This document shows, in pieces, positions 22,755 to 35,500 of a stretch of 64,000 nucleotides of DNA. A model generated the notes under the pieces. The model ran no database searches. It saw only the letters and a list, made by a program, of their open reading frames with translations, and had not been told where the DNA came from. Origin of the DNA: Stramenopiles sp. TOSAG23-2 (Eukaryota); assembly GCA_900128395.1 (NCBI GenBank), contig LT649243.1:1-64000 (forward strand), read 5' to 3'. The position numbers and the translations under genes were made by a program. Each line of letters opens with the position of its first letter. The stretch's first letter is position 1.

Positions 22755-25320
22755 TTATAACTTTGCATTAATAATTTGATTCTTATCATTGTTATCCGCG
22801 TCAAAATCTATTTGTTGATTTACACGCAACAAAAACTTAAGATCATTTATTTCATCAGTTGTTAAACCTACTTCCTCTGATAAATAAGTTTCTACATTTC
22901 CATATCTCTTCAAAAATTTTACTATTGTTGCTTCCATGATCTCAGGCACAGACAAAAACAATGACTTAATAGTTTCTATTTTGAAATCATTTACTTTTGC
23001 ACGTCCTTCTGGCGGAGCATGGCGTTTGAACTCTTCAATAAATTCTTCATCTGTATCCCATTGTGTAACACGTAAGCTGGTAAATTCATTGGATTCGCCA
23101 TAATCATCGATAATTTCAAAATCTTTGCTACCAGCTATCATACCAAATAACATAGCAATGAAACCAGTTCGGTCTTTCCCAGTTGCACAATGATAAACAA
23201 TTGGCCATTTACTTTCATCTAGGACGTACTCTTTAAAAAATCGTTTTATATATTTGCTGCCGATTCGTAACATTTCCATGTAAACGTAAGATTGTCCATC
23301 AATAGGACCCATGTTATCAACAGATGGCATAAATAAATTTGGCATTAAAGACTCAGGCGTCAAGCCATCCATTACTGGGATCAATACTTTTTCAACATGA
23401 TCAGGCAGATGTTCAGGGCGTTCAACATCATCATTTGCTGAACGTAGATCAATAATTGTTTTAACTTTATACTTATTCACTAAAGTTTCAATCCCTTTTT
23501 TCGTAGCCCAGTTGACACTCTCGCTGCGAAATATAATACCAGGTCGAAAATTACTTAAGTTTTTTGCCATGTCTCTAAAATTATGTAAACCATCAATTTC
23601 TTCTCGATTGAAATTCCGGACAGATAAGATTTGTCTTAATTGTCCAACTTCTGTGGTTGTAAAGCCAAGAAGATCGATTAAATAATTATCAACTGTCTTA
23701 AATGTCTCTTTGAACAATCGTATTGTTGCAGCCATCGATTCACGATTTGCCAAAAAAGAATATCGTATAGTAGATACACTAAAAGATTTCATTCCACTCT
23801 TTGATCCTGCCGGTGCATGCTTTGTTACCCTAGCCATGATGTCTTCGTCAGACATAGTTGGTGGAAACTCTTTTTCTGTAAATGCTTTTGATTCATGAAA
23901 ATCAGCAACAATATCTTCCTCATATGAGTTTGTTAATAACCCCGCTAACATAGATATAATACCAGTTCTGTCTTTTCCAGTTGCCTGTGAGCGTATCGTA
24001 TCAATGAGTGATGATGTGTTAGAAAGGATGTTGTCCTTTTTATTTTTAGTTTTATAGGCGAATATAGAATTTACTTACACAATGGAAAACAATAGGTAAA
24101 TTTTCAGGTTTTAAAATCACTTTGAAAAAATCACGTATTGCCTCTTTTCCTACCTTTAAAATATGCAGATACATTCTACCAGTACCTTCATATTCACCAT
24201 ATTGTTCTACTAACGGTAAAAAATTATTAGGCATTTTTGTTTCTGGAGTTTTTTGATCAAGCATTGGCATTACCATACGTTTCACAGCTGATGATGGAAG
24301 TGGATCTCTAGGATCTGTCTCTGCTCTTAAATCAATAACAGTTTTAATATTATATTCTTCAATCAATTGTTGCTTTCCTAAATCACTTGCCCAATCAAAA
24401 TTTTCACTTCGATATAATAAATCAGGTTTAATGTTTGAAAAATAAAATGATAAGTCGCGAAAATTTTCTAATCCATCTATCCTATGAATTCGCCTATTAG
24501 GTCTGATACATAAGATATGGCGTAATTGCTGTACTTCCATTCCGGTTAAACCAACATGGTTGATTAAATAATTATCAATGTTACCATATTCTTCTCGAAA
24601 AAGTCGAATCGTTTCTGCCATAATTTCATAGGTTGCTTCAAATGAACTTTTAATTACAGGCATAAGTTCTAATGGTGGTTTTCTACCAGCTGGTGCATGT
24701 TTGAAAAATTCTTTTTGAAACTCTTCCAATGTCATATCTACAGGAAAGTCTTTTTCCATATATTTTTGTGTTTCAAAATAATCATTACATATTTCTTCAT
24801 CGCGAGCACTTGTCAATAACCCAAATATCATTGCAACCATACCGGTTCTGTCCTTTCCTGTGGCGCAGTGAAATGCCAATGGAAACATTGTTCTAACACT
24901 ATTATCAAGGATTGCTTTGAAGAAAGTCTTCATTCCATTTATACCTTGTTTACATAGCCATATATACATTTTCCCTTGACCTAACGTAGGCCCAAAATCT
25001 CGAAGAAATGCTGGAAAATTTGTATTCATTTGGGATGCAGGAGTTAACTCATCCATGATTATAGCCATTATTTTTCGCACTCCTGTAGGTGCATCGTACA
25101 TTTCATCACTCAAAGCACGTAAATCTACTATCGTGCGCATGTTGTAATTTTCAACAAACTCCTTTCTTCCTTTGTCACTTGCAAATAGATAATTTTCACT
25201 CCTATACATTAATCCAGGCTTAATGTTCGAAAAGAACAAGCTTAAATCCCTGAAATTATACATACCATCTGGTTGTACTGGGGTATTATTATTATTATTA
25301 GTTGGGAGGGTCGTCGTCAT
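22755..25320 (-). CDS. Two-exon protein (823 aa) with three tandem IphP/MptpB-like (Y_phosphatase3-type) phosphatase domains; exons 25320-24079 and 23984-22755
   Basis: Three NFRD...YRSE/FRSE...DLR...HCATGKDRTG units. A GTAAGT...CAG intron at 24078-23985 joins the two ORF-track ORFs in frame and restores FHC|ATGKDRTG. Confidence 0.88.
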
Positions 25321-25612
25321 TTGAATATATATATATATATATATATGGTATATATTGTGAGTTGATTATATTGTATTTAATGGCAGAATTTATCGTATTT
25401 TGATTTTTCTACTTTTTTCATATTCTTTTCCAATATATATATATATTGTTCCCTATAGGTATCGATAGTATCGCATCATTAGACTGAAAAGAAATCAAGA
25501 AAAAAGTAGTTGGAAAGAAGTTAATATTATATCACACAGTGTAAACATAACACTTTTATATATATAATAAATGCATGTGGTGTGAATAAGATATAAAAAT
25601 ATATAACACAAA

Positions 25613-26980
25613 TTACTTTTTATTTTTACTCCTACTATATGTACGTCTCATAGTACTTTTCACGATTTTTAATTCTGCTTCAACAAGATCAACAGCATCT
25701 AATAACATATCAATGGCATCATCGCTTATTTTATCCCGTTCATCTAATTCAATAATATCTAATGTTTTTGTTAAATTAGCTTCATTTATTTCTATTGCTT
25801 TGGTTATTAATTTAATACCAGTCATTGTCAAGTTACAACGTGCTAAACTTAATGTGTTTAATTTAGTAACATTTTCCAACCATATAGCAATTTGTTCTGC
25901 TGCTTCATTTCCAATTGTATTTCCATCAAAACGTAATGTTTTCAAACATATTGTTTTATTATCACGGATTGCTTTCATTAAACCTGCACAATCACTGTCA
26001 TTGAAATAACAATCACGGAATTCCAATCTTCGTAAACCAGCTTTGTTTTCCGATAATGCATCTGCAATTTCCCCTGAACCCTCTGAACTATATTTATCGG
26101 ATTTAAATATATCATAAACTTCAATACGCGTTGGATTTGCCATGTTTGGAAATCCACGAGAATATCGACAACAAGTAATAATTGTATCAAAACGCGCAGT
26201 TGAAAAATGCTCCAAGTCATTAACTGTCATTAAATCTGTCATTGAATCGGATACTTCTCTTTTAATATCTTTTTTTGATGATAATATTTTATCTCTCATT
26301 TTTTTCTTCTCTTTCATTTTAACACGTTCCATTAAATTACCTGTATATCCATCTTCATAACTGCGACCTCTACCTCTTGAATTGCCATAATATCCATTAC
26401 TCCTATTCCCATCTCGCAATATTCCAGGTATTCTACCAAGCGTTTTACGTATTTGTTCCTCTTCATCAACTTCCCGAGCACTATCCATCATACGTTTGGA
26501 TTCAATAAGATAACTAGGTCGGCGCCTTCCATTTGAACCTCGGTTATGGCTAACTACTTTTTTTCTTGAAGAAGAACTACTTTTTGTAGAAGAATATTGT
26601 TGTATACTTGAACGTCGCCGTTTTGGTTTTGGTTTTTCTTGTTTCCAAGATGGTGGTGAAGCATTGTTTCGATCACGATATATAGATTTTTTGTAATAAT
26701 CTATATCATCTGAGTCTTCAGAAAATTTTCTACTTCTTCTTCTATTATTATTATTCATTCTCTTATTATTTTTATATGATTGTGAATAAGTAGTTGTTGA
26801 CGATACAAAATTATTAGCTTGTATAGAAGAACGTCTACGTGTTTTTTTATACATTTCCTTTCTCCAATTATTGCTGTCTCGCCGTCTGTTTATATCTTCA
26901 AATTCATCGAATTCATCATCGTCTTCGCCGGAATCACAATCGTTTTGTACGTATGAAATGGAACTTCGCCATGAAGCCAT
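25613..26980 (-). CDS. Protein with a disordered basic N-terminus and C-terminal RI-type leucine-rich repeats
   Basis: LRRLEFRDCYF, LKTLRFDGNTIGNEAA, LNTLSLARCNLTMTGI. Confidence 0.8.
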   Translation of the reverse strand: MASWRSSISYVQNDCDSGEDDDEFDEFEDINRRRDSNNWRKEMYKKTRRRSSIQANNFVSSTTTYSQSYKNNKRMNNNNRRRSRKFSEDSDDIDYYKKSIYRDRNNASPPSWKQEKPKPKRRRSSIQQYSSTKSSSSSRKKVVSHNRGSNGRRRPSYLIESKRMMDSAREVDEEEQIRKTLGRIPGILRDGNRSNGYYGNSRGRGRSYEDGYTGNLMERVKMKEKKKMRDKILSSKKDIKREVSDSMTDLMTVNDLEHFSTARFDTIITCCRYSRGFPNMANPTRIEVYDIFKSDKYSSEGSGEIADALSENKAGLRRLEFRDCYFNDSDCAGLMKAIRDNKTICLKTLRFDGNTIGNEAAEQIAIWLENVTKLNTLSLARCNLTMTGIKLITKAIEINEANLTKTLDIIELDERDKISDDAIDMLLDAVDLVEAELKIVKSTMRRTYSRSKNKK

Positions 26981-27335
26981 ATTATTTATTGTTTTGGATT
27001 GTTTTGTTTGTTATTACTATTAGTATAAATAACTTAATAAATTATATTTAAAAAAAATATCTTTTTTTTTTTTATGATTATATATATTTAACAACAATTA
27101 ACAATGAATTCAAACAAAACGCGTACTAAACTTATGTTGCTGGTGTTGTTGTTGTTGCTGTTGTTGAATATAAGTTTGCTAATACTTGATATATGTTTCA
27201 TATATATATCACACATGTCGTCTCTGTCTTTGTTGGTCTATTTTTGACCTATGCGTCTATGCGGCACACATTTTTTTGTATTGGATGTGAGTTGTTGCAG
27301 TTGTGTTTGTTGTATAAATTACTACACAACCCAGG

Positions 27336-27598
27336 ATTTACTAGGTACATACCATTGGCTACTGTCATTAATTTTATCTTAAATCTTAAAAGCTGCAAAC
27401 CGTCTACTACGTCGTTTTGTATTCTATAATTCCCCTTCCTATTATATTTATTTACTAGGTACATACCATTGGCTACATATCATTGGCTATCTTAAACGCT
27501 GCAAACCGTCTACTACGTCGTTTTGTATTCTATAATTCCCCTTCCTATTATATTTATTTACTAGGTACATACCATTGGCTACTGTCATTAATTTTATC
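27336..27598. repeat. Imperfect tandem repeat, about 2.4 copies of a ~110-bp unit
   Basis: tttactaggtacataccattggctac occurs three times; gctgcaaaccgtctactacgtcgttttgtattctataattccccttcc occurs twice. Confidence 0.88.
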
Positions 27599-28220
27599 AG
27601 TCCATTTTCGCAATTTGATGCTTATATACATAAATTATTAGATATTGATATATGGTTTTTGGCTATAATACAAAAGTTGCGAAAATCTCCTGCATTCCAA
27701 TTCTTGGTTCTTGCCGTGAATCACTTCGTACTTATGGCTATACTAAATACCTGTAATATATCTATCAAATATATACAATGGTATGTCTATCTTGTATTTT
27801 TTGTAAACTTTATTTCAAAAAGTTTTGGTTATTTTTAGAATTTAGAAGTTCAAAATTGCTGTAAAAAAAATAATAATATGTAACAGCACAACACTATTGC
27901 ACTATTATTAATAGTAGAAAATATATATATTATAAATACAAATACAAATATATTTCTACACATTGACAGCAAGAAAAAGTAAAACAAATCATCCAAACAA
28001 TATATATATAATAACTTCGTGTATGATATACATTTCATCATTGTGAATTTAATATTGAATATTTTCGTTCGTTTTTTTCCTTCCAGTCTTCTTACCATTG
28101 TTTGTTTGTTGTTCTATACTTTTATTTTTATTCAATAACATTTATTAATAATTTAATAATTATTAATACGTGTATGTATATATAACATTTTTGTCTTATT
28201 TTGTCTATAAAAAAAAAAAT

Positions 28221-31200
28221 ATGGATGTAACTAAATCTACTGTTGGTCGTGCACCATTACCGAAACGTACGGAAAGGGATATGCATTCAGATACATATGA
28301 AGCCAACTTAAAAAGTGGGACATTTGCATTGCCAAAAGGAGTAACATCGTTATCTCAATCATTTCAACGTTTTGAACTGGATAAACAGGCTGAAAAAGAA
28401 CTTGAAAAGATGCAACAGCGTTTGGAAGATGATAGACGCAAATATGAAATGTTAAAAGATATTAGAAAGAAGAAGCAACAAGCAGCAATGCATGCGCGTG
28501 CTACGGAACTCAGTGCTAGATTACAAGAGCTAGAAACACAAGAAAGTGATGAACGTTTTAAACGTGTGCAATTACGTGGACGTTTACAAAAATTAAGAGA
28601 AGAGGAAAAAAGTAAAGAAGATAGGGAAAGAGAGCTTAGTAAACAATTATGGGTTTTAGAGCGTGATCATGCAGTGGAAGAAATAGCAGAATTGAAAATG
28701 AAAGCAGCAGCTATTCGTGCAAAACGAGAAGCGGTTACTTTGCAATTAGATATAGCAGATACACATGTAACGACGATTGAGGAGGAACGTGTACAACGTG
28801 GTCGAAGCAATTACGATAAATTAAAAGACATGTTGAGCCATGCAGATACATTACAACAACAATTAGAAGCTGGTGGGTTTGATGAAGTGCAAAAAGCATC
28901 TGCTGCAACAAAATTATTAGATCAAGTAGAAACAGGAAAGAACCAAGGGGACGGTGGCCAATTATTTAAATTAAGCGACGAAGTAGAAAATATGCGTAAA
29001 ATGCAGCGTGAGCGTGAGGCTAGTCTACGTGCAAATCATTTAAAGCAATTAAATGCGAAGAGGAAAGAATTGCATGATAGACAAATGCAAATAACAATAG
29101 AAAGGAGAAATTTACGTCTTTTACAACGTAAAGGGGCAGATGCACTTGCGGATATTGAATTCGGTCATGGGCCTCCATTAGAATATATAATAGCAAATGA
29201 AAGAGCAAAACGGGAAGATGGGGAAGATGGGGATGTGTCTGAAGATACAGATTCAGAAGAAGAGCCACTAGATGAATTTGTTGAAAATGTTACAAAAAAT
29301 ATTAGAAATATAAAATTAAAAATGCAAGAATTAAAAGATGAATTGCCAAAAATTCCATTATTAAAAGTCAAAGGTAGATGGGAAAATACGCCTATGGGCC
29401 AGCCATATAATGGGTATATGGGGAAAAAGTCATATTTAAAATCACAAATGCCTACGTATAAAATTTGTAGAGAGTTTGCCTTTAATATTGTTGAAAAGAC
29501 TTTTTATAAATTATTTGTGCTTCGACCGACACGGAAAAATGCAGAAAAAGCTATTAGGCAATTAAATGATAGAAAGAAAATGGATTCTAGATTATTAGAA
29601 AAAGAGCAAGAAAACAAAGCAATGCGTTGGATATTGCAAGATATAGTAAATAGTGAAGTTCAAGACATTTGTTACAGCATTGCATATGAACGTAATTTAG
29701 TAGTAAAAAAATCAGAAACAATGGGTCTCAATTTAATTTTAAAATCATTTCCGGAAGATCAACTTCAAGGAAATATGTCAATTATGAAAAATGCATTTGA
29801 GGAAATGATTAAGCGAAGGGAGAAACGTAACGAGTCCTCCACATCAAGACGTGCCCATCAAAAATCGACATTGAATTTGACACATGATAAACGTCATGTT
29901 TCTCATAAACGTGCAAAAGATGTTGGTGTTAAAACTGCAGATGACAAAGAAGAAGAAAAAGAGGAGCTTGATCCAGACGTTGTATTTGTACCAACCGTAT
30001 CGCGTACATTAAATAGACCACAATTGCCGTTGTATTACGTCAAAACAGAGAAAGAGTATTGGAAACGTATCGATATCAAATGGTCCGAACTTACTCTTCC
30101 GTCTAATGTATTGAAGCGTGCAGGTTTAATTACATGCATCGCTCTTAGTCCGGATGGTCGATTTTTATATACTGGGCACGATAAAGGTTCCGGTTTGCTT
30201 TGGGATTGCTTTTGGCATCCACCATTATTGATTCGTGCGTCGTATCGTGATAAAATGCCAAAAGAAAAATTCTCCCCAGTCGTTCAAGCTATATTTGGTA
30301 TAGGTGGTAGTGGTCATCGTATTGCAACGATTGATAAGAAAAACATCGTACGTATTTGGTCCACTGAAACGATTGTTAAACAAAAAATACATTCTAAACT
30401 ATCAGAATTTTTCCCAGCAAAAATGCGAGATGTAGTAAAGAAACCACCACCAACATCATTAATTGCGATGATTAATCCAGCTGATCATGCGCAAACTATG
30501 AATAAGAGTGATAAAGAAGAGGCATTGTTTCCAACTGCACTTCGTTTTCACCCTTCGATCACGGTAACTGGACAACAACCATCATTAATGATTGGTTTAG
30601 GAAAAGGTTTAATAGTTAAGCATAATTTAGCATCTGACAGTCCTGTTTTATTTAAACGACCATATGCAACGGAAGACATAACAAACCCATTGATTAAAGG
30701 TAATACAAGAGATCCTGAGAAAATTGATGCAAATAATAAATTAAATGATTGTGGTTGTCGCACGAAACCAAAAGTGAAACGTGAATTTTTCCAAGCACAT
30801 ACGAATCGCATTATTTATGTAGATTTTGTTGGCACGGCATCATCGGAGGATGATCCAACTACGATGGCTGTATCTGTAGATGAAACTGGCCATGTTTTCT
30901 TTTGGCCATATACAAAAGAAGGTTTCAGTGGTTTTGGATGGTTTACTCCATCTCATAAATATAAGATTAGAAATCATACTACTGGAAAAACGGAAACTAC
31001 GAAATTAAAAGTAAAAGCGGCAACTTGCAACTTAGCACGTACACAATTAATTTTATTAGTCCATGCTAAAACATTTAAATTAGGTACAAAAAGCACGAAA
31101 AAAACTGGTGATTTACGCATATTATTTTTTGATTTGCAATCAAAAGAAGTTTTAAAATGGATGATACCTGTTAGTACAAAGCCTATTCACGAAGACGAAG

Positions 31201-31736
31201 ATGTTGGAATGTGTATTTCACCATTACTAGATGCTATCAGTAGCGATGTTGCTTACATTACGGTTGGCAGAGATATGGAAGCATATTCCTTAGCAACTGG
31301 CCAGCCATTATTAAAGGAACCATTGAGTGGTTTAAAATCACCACTTAAATTTAAAGGAACAAATCCGACGTTAATGCAAATCAATCCTGGTCATACAGCG
31401 TTATATGTGAGTGCCCCTAATGCTTCAAAAGTTTACATTGGTACAATCAAAGACATTAATACAAGTGTAGGTAGACGAGAGAAGAATAAAGATGTGAAAC
31501 ATATGATTATGAATGAAGCTGGTCGAAAAGATCGTGTACGTTTATTTACTACCGGACCAGAACATCGCGTTCGTTCCATTTATTGGGATATATCAGAACA
31601 TAATGTGGATCGTGAAGTTGAAGGTATTGTATATGAAATTGCACGTGATGCTGCTACTAAAGCAATACACAAAGCAATTGCAAAAAGAAAGAGAGAGCTG
31701 GAAGAGGAAAGGATGAAGCATCAAGTTGCTTTGTGA
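28221..31736 (+). CDS. Coiled-coil protein with a divergent C-terminal WD40-like propeller
   Basis: First ATG at 28221. E/K/R/Q-rich heptad region, then ITCIALSPDGRFLYTGHDKGSGLLWD, IVRIWS and FQAHTNRI...SVDETGHVFFW. Confidence 0.8.
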   Translation: MDVTKSTVGRAPLPKRTERDMHSDTYEANLKSGTFALPKGVTSLSQSFQRFELDKQAEKELEKMQQRLEDDRRKYEMLKDIRKKKQQAAMHARATELSARLQELETQESDERFKRVQLRGRLQKLREEEKSKEDRERELSKQLWVLERDHAVEEIAELKMKAAAIRAKREAVTLQLDIADTHVTTIEEERVQRGRSNYDKLKDMLSHADTLQQQLEAGGFDEVQKASAATKLLDQVETGKNQGDGGQLFKLSDEVENMRKMQREREASLRANHLKQLNAKRKELHDRQMQITIERRNLRLLQRKGADALADIEFGHGPPLEYIIANERAKREDGEDGDVSEDTDSEEEPLDEFVENVTKNIRNIKLKMQELKDELPKIPLLKVKGRWENTPMGQPYNGYMGKKSYLKSQMPTYKICREFAFNIVEKTFYKLFVLRPTRKNAEKAIRQLNDRKKMDSRLLEKEQENKAMRWILQDIVNSEVQDICYSIAYERNLVVKKSETMGLNLILKSFPEDQLQGNMSIMKNAFEEMIKRREKRNESSTSRRAHQKSTLNLTHDKRHVSHKRAKDVGVKTADDKEEEKEELDPDVVFVPTVSRTLNRPQLPLYYVKTEKEYWKRIDIKWSELTLPSNVLKRAGLITCIALSPDGRFLYTGHDKGSGLLWDCFWHPPLLIRASYRDKMPKEKFSPVVQAIFGIGGSGHRIATIDKKNIVRIWSTETIVKQKIHSKLSEFFPAKMRDVVKKPPPTSLIAMINPADHAQTMNKSDKEEALFPTALRFHPSITVTGQQPSLMIGLGKGLIVKHNLASDSPVLFKRPYATEDITNPLIKGNTRDPEKIDANNKLNDCGCRTKPKVKREFFQAHTNRIIYVDFVGTASSEDDPTTMAVSVDETGHVFFWPYTKEGFSGFGWFTPSHKYKIRNHTTGKTETTKLKVKAATCNLARTQLILLVHAKTFKLGTKSTKKTGDLRILFFDLQSKEVLKWMIPVSTKPIHEDEDVGMCISPLLDAISSDVAYITVGRDMEAYSLATGQPLLKEPLSGLKSPLKFKGTNPTLMQINPGHTALYVSAPNASKVYIGTIKDINTSVGRREKNKDVKHMIMNEAGRKDRVRLFTTGPEHRVRSIYWDISEHNVDREVEGIVYEIARDAATKAIHKAIAKRKRELEEERMKHQVAL

Positions 31737-32357
31737 AAAAATGTGTGTGTTATTAATGCGAAGAAGTGTGTTATTTTTAATTTATCATTTTTACGAGTAT
31801 GATACATTAGTTGTACGAAATTTATATTAGTATGATACACACGAAATTTATAAAGCTTGTACTTCGTACGAATATCATAATATTATCTTTAAAATTTTAT
31901 TTCTAGAGACATACTCTCCAAAAAGAATAAATCCGGCGGCAAAATAAATTTTTAATGTCCCACACACTCTAGCGTGTGTCAAATCCTCTCCTCATTACAA
32001 GAGAATACAAATATATGGCCAATGGAGGTTATTCCTTATTACTTTCTTATTAACATACCAGGTACCACATATCATACACACAAAACCCAATTTTTACATT
32101 TTACTACCACTAATATATTTTTCCCATTGTGAATAGTGTTAAAATGGGCTAGCAGCTAGCTCTAGCTGGCCCAGCTGGCGGCTTGAAGTACCTCGTAAAA
32201 AAATAAAAAGAATCCCAGTTCGTTATAGCATCGACAGAGCACTGTGAATTTTGTGCCCATGTGCCTAAATACATCAATAATGTTAAATGTGGTGCCAATA
32301 ATCGATTGGTGGTTATAAATTAATTCAATAATAGTCTTCTAATTATTTATTTGTGAA

Positions 32358-32486
32358 GTTGATCTCTCACGCAGGGAAAAGTTATTTATGTTGATCTCTC
32401 ACGCAGGGAAAAGTTATTTATAAGTTGATCTCTCACGCAGGGAAAAGTTATTTATAAGTTGATCTCTCACGCAGGAAAAAGTTATT
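32358..32486. repeat. Minisatellite, 4 x 32-34 bp, ending about 56 bp upstream of the TSC2-like ATG
   Basis: gttgatctctcacgcagggaaaagttatttat(aa) repeated four times head to tail with no spacers. Confidence 0.92.
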
Positions 32487-32542
32487 ACATACAATAAGAA
32501 TTGCGATATATATATATAGAGAGAGAGATATTATTATAAAAT

Positions 32543-35500
32543 ATGACGTCTCGTACCTCTTTACCATCTTTATTAAATAGTTTAAAAACAAATAAAAAAA
32601 CTAGAGATGATGTTTTTCAAATGTTTAAAGAAATATGTAGAATATTAAAAAGCAGAGATTTACATGAGCGAAATCGTGCTTTTAAAGTCCTTGCCGCCTG
32701 CATTAAACATCAGCAAGATAGTATTGCTGGTATACGATTAGAAATATTAGAAGTATTATGTAAACACCCTAAAGATTGGGGTTTAAAACAAGAAATTGTA
32801 CGAACTATGTTGGAATATACACGTGGGGATGTAGATGCAAAATATATTGTGGGTTCCGAGGAATTTCAATATATATTGAAAACATGGACCGTTGAGTCTG
32901 AAGATTTTGAACATTTATCATCTATCATAATACGTGCTATGAAATTAGGATTTGATAAAATACCAAAAAATTATATTATTGAGTTAATAACAGAAAAAAT
33001 ATGTAAAGATGCTGATGAAGCAGTGACAAATAAAAACATAGCAGTTATAAAGCGTTGTATGCATTTAGCTGATACCGTTGTTAGATATGGATACGTCGAT
33101 GCGAAATGCATTGATAATTTTATTAAAATATTATGTCGTACCGTCAATGTCCGTAGTGCTGAATCGTGGAGAATTATGCAATGTTTATTACGTAGTGAAC
33201 GTGGGTTAATTTTTCAATACGGTTTATTAAAATTATTAGATAATTCTGATAAAGTTTTGCCAATCGCTTTACGACCAGGAATTTTACGTGGTACTGTTTT
33301 TTTTGTCGGTATGTCAACTTGGGGATCGCAAAAAGTTATGACATTAAAGTCTCCATTCCCAGCAATTTTACCCTCGTTTCGCAATGTATTAAAATGTGAA
33401 GATGTCACTGTAATTTCTGAAGTATTATTATCATTTCAACGCTTAATAAAGAAATATGGCTCAACGTTACGAGTAGAATGGGATATTATATTTGATATAT
33501 TAAAAATAGTGTTTACTCAATTTGATAATCAAAATAAACATAATAAAAAGAAATCAAAATCGTCTTCACAAGGGATAACAAGTGAAATTACCTCTACTAC
33601 GAAAATATCTTCTTCCTCCATGTCCAAGCCAGATAATTATGATAATAAGAATAATACCAACAGCAGGAATAATAACAATGAGAAAAAAACTATAAGTAAA
33701 GTCAATAAACGCAATTCTCCATTTCCGGAAATTATATCATCCTATTTTACTGCCCCAACAAAGGATAATACTGCTAGTAGTAGTAATCAAAAGCGTAAAA
33801 TAGAATTACAAACGTCATCGTCGTCGTCAGCTAAAAGAAATGGTGATAGTATCAATAGTAATGACTTGAGAGGCAGCAATAACAACAATCACAAATCGTC
33901 TTTAAAATTACCTAAACAAATTCATGATGAAATATGTAAAATGATCAATTCAATTGATCGTTTAATACAAACAAATTCATATTTTGGCTCGCAAGCAAAT
34001 TTTTATGTTATTGTTGAATTATTTCAAGGAATATTACCTTTACCAATTTTAAAAAGGTTATTATTTCATAAATTAGAAAATGCACATCCAGCGAAAGATG
34101 GTTGGATTATGCATTTAAAAGATTTAATCCAAAAATTCTTTTACGAGCAGAAACGTTACGTTGAATTACGTTTAGAGGCATTAAGCGCAATTCAAGAAAT
34201 TTTAGTTTTAAGTGCACATATAGGTGATGATGAAATTACGAACGAAATTATATTGCCATATATGAATAATATCTTTAATGATAAATCTGCTGAAGTGCGA
34301 AAAAAAGGTTTGCATTTTTTAATAGAAACGGCACGGCAAAAATATTATAAAGGATTTGATACGGTGCTAAAAATATTAGAAAATTGTTTGTTGAATTCCA
34401 TGTATGAAGATGCACAATTGATGGCAATCAATGGGTTGAAATCGTTGCTATCTTCCACGTTAGATCACGTACCATGTGAGCGTCCAATGGCTATATTGGA
34501 TTTGATTTATTATTTCTTAGACGATAGTAAAAACCCAAAAGTTCGAGAAACTTGTTTAGAATGTTTATTGCATTTAAGAGGAGATGATAAAAATCGATGT
34601 CAATGGGTAGATACAAGAGTTCGGACTAGCAATTTCTTGTTGTGTTCTGGCGCGCCACCTGCTGATTTTATTGGCGTATTACCAATGTCACGCTACTTTG
34701 ATGTTTTGATAAATCGTTTAACAATTGAAAAAGATGCATATGTACTGCATTTAACGATGAGGGTCATATTGACTATGATACAAAATAGGTTTATCATCCA
34801 ATCCGTTCCATTAGGACCTTTGGCAACAAAGTTATGTACATTAATTACATCTATATTTGAAGGTAAAATACAATTGAATGCAGAGCGATTAGATGGTTTG
34901 TTCAAAAATGAGCCGTTCCATTTAGTACAAAGAAGTTTAAGTCGCCAACAATCGTCAAATGGTAGCATGATGGAAGAAAATGAAGAAAATTTTAATGCTC
35001 CATCATCAGTTTTGTATGGAAAAGGATCAACATTTTCTTCCTCCTCAAGCCGGCCAAATTCACGCGACAGTAATAATTTCTCTCCTTTCTCAAGTGATGG
35101 AAGTGTAACTAGTGGTAGTGGGGAAAATGTACAAGTACCATTTCAAGATACTGGTATTTCTACTTTATATAGAATGTTATCAACGCCTTTATCAAGTCCA
35201 ATTACGTCACCAGAAACAACTCCAATGGCATCACCACGTAAACAACAACGACGGGGCAATCATAATTCTATCATGGTTAAAACACCAGATAGTGATACTG
35301 CAAGTACTGAATCGTATTATTCTGATAATATATACATTGCTGCAGATGGAAAAGTGATCAATCAACAAGGACCATTTTCAATAGCAAAAATAGCAGAAAG
35401 AGCGTTGAATATATTATGTATTCTCGCTGGTTGTCATGGATCTCTGCCTTTCCATGTTGAAGATGATATTTTTCGATGTTTTGTTGGTGTCTTAGAATGT

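Noticed and set aside
22755-25320. Two separate phosphatase genes as shown in the ORF track
   Set aside because: A canonical GTAAGT...CAG intron joins them in frame and restores the catalytic motif.
32144-32180. Helitron 3' terminus
   Set aside because: A hairpin is present but there is no properly placed CTRR end and no Rep/Hel coding sequence; kept only as part of the recurrent GC-rich element.
32358-32486. Possible CRISPR array (repeat length about 34 bp)
   Set aside because: Units are contiguous with no unique spacers, there are no cas genes, and the context is eukaryotic.
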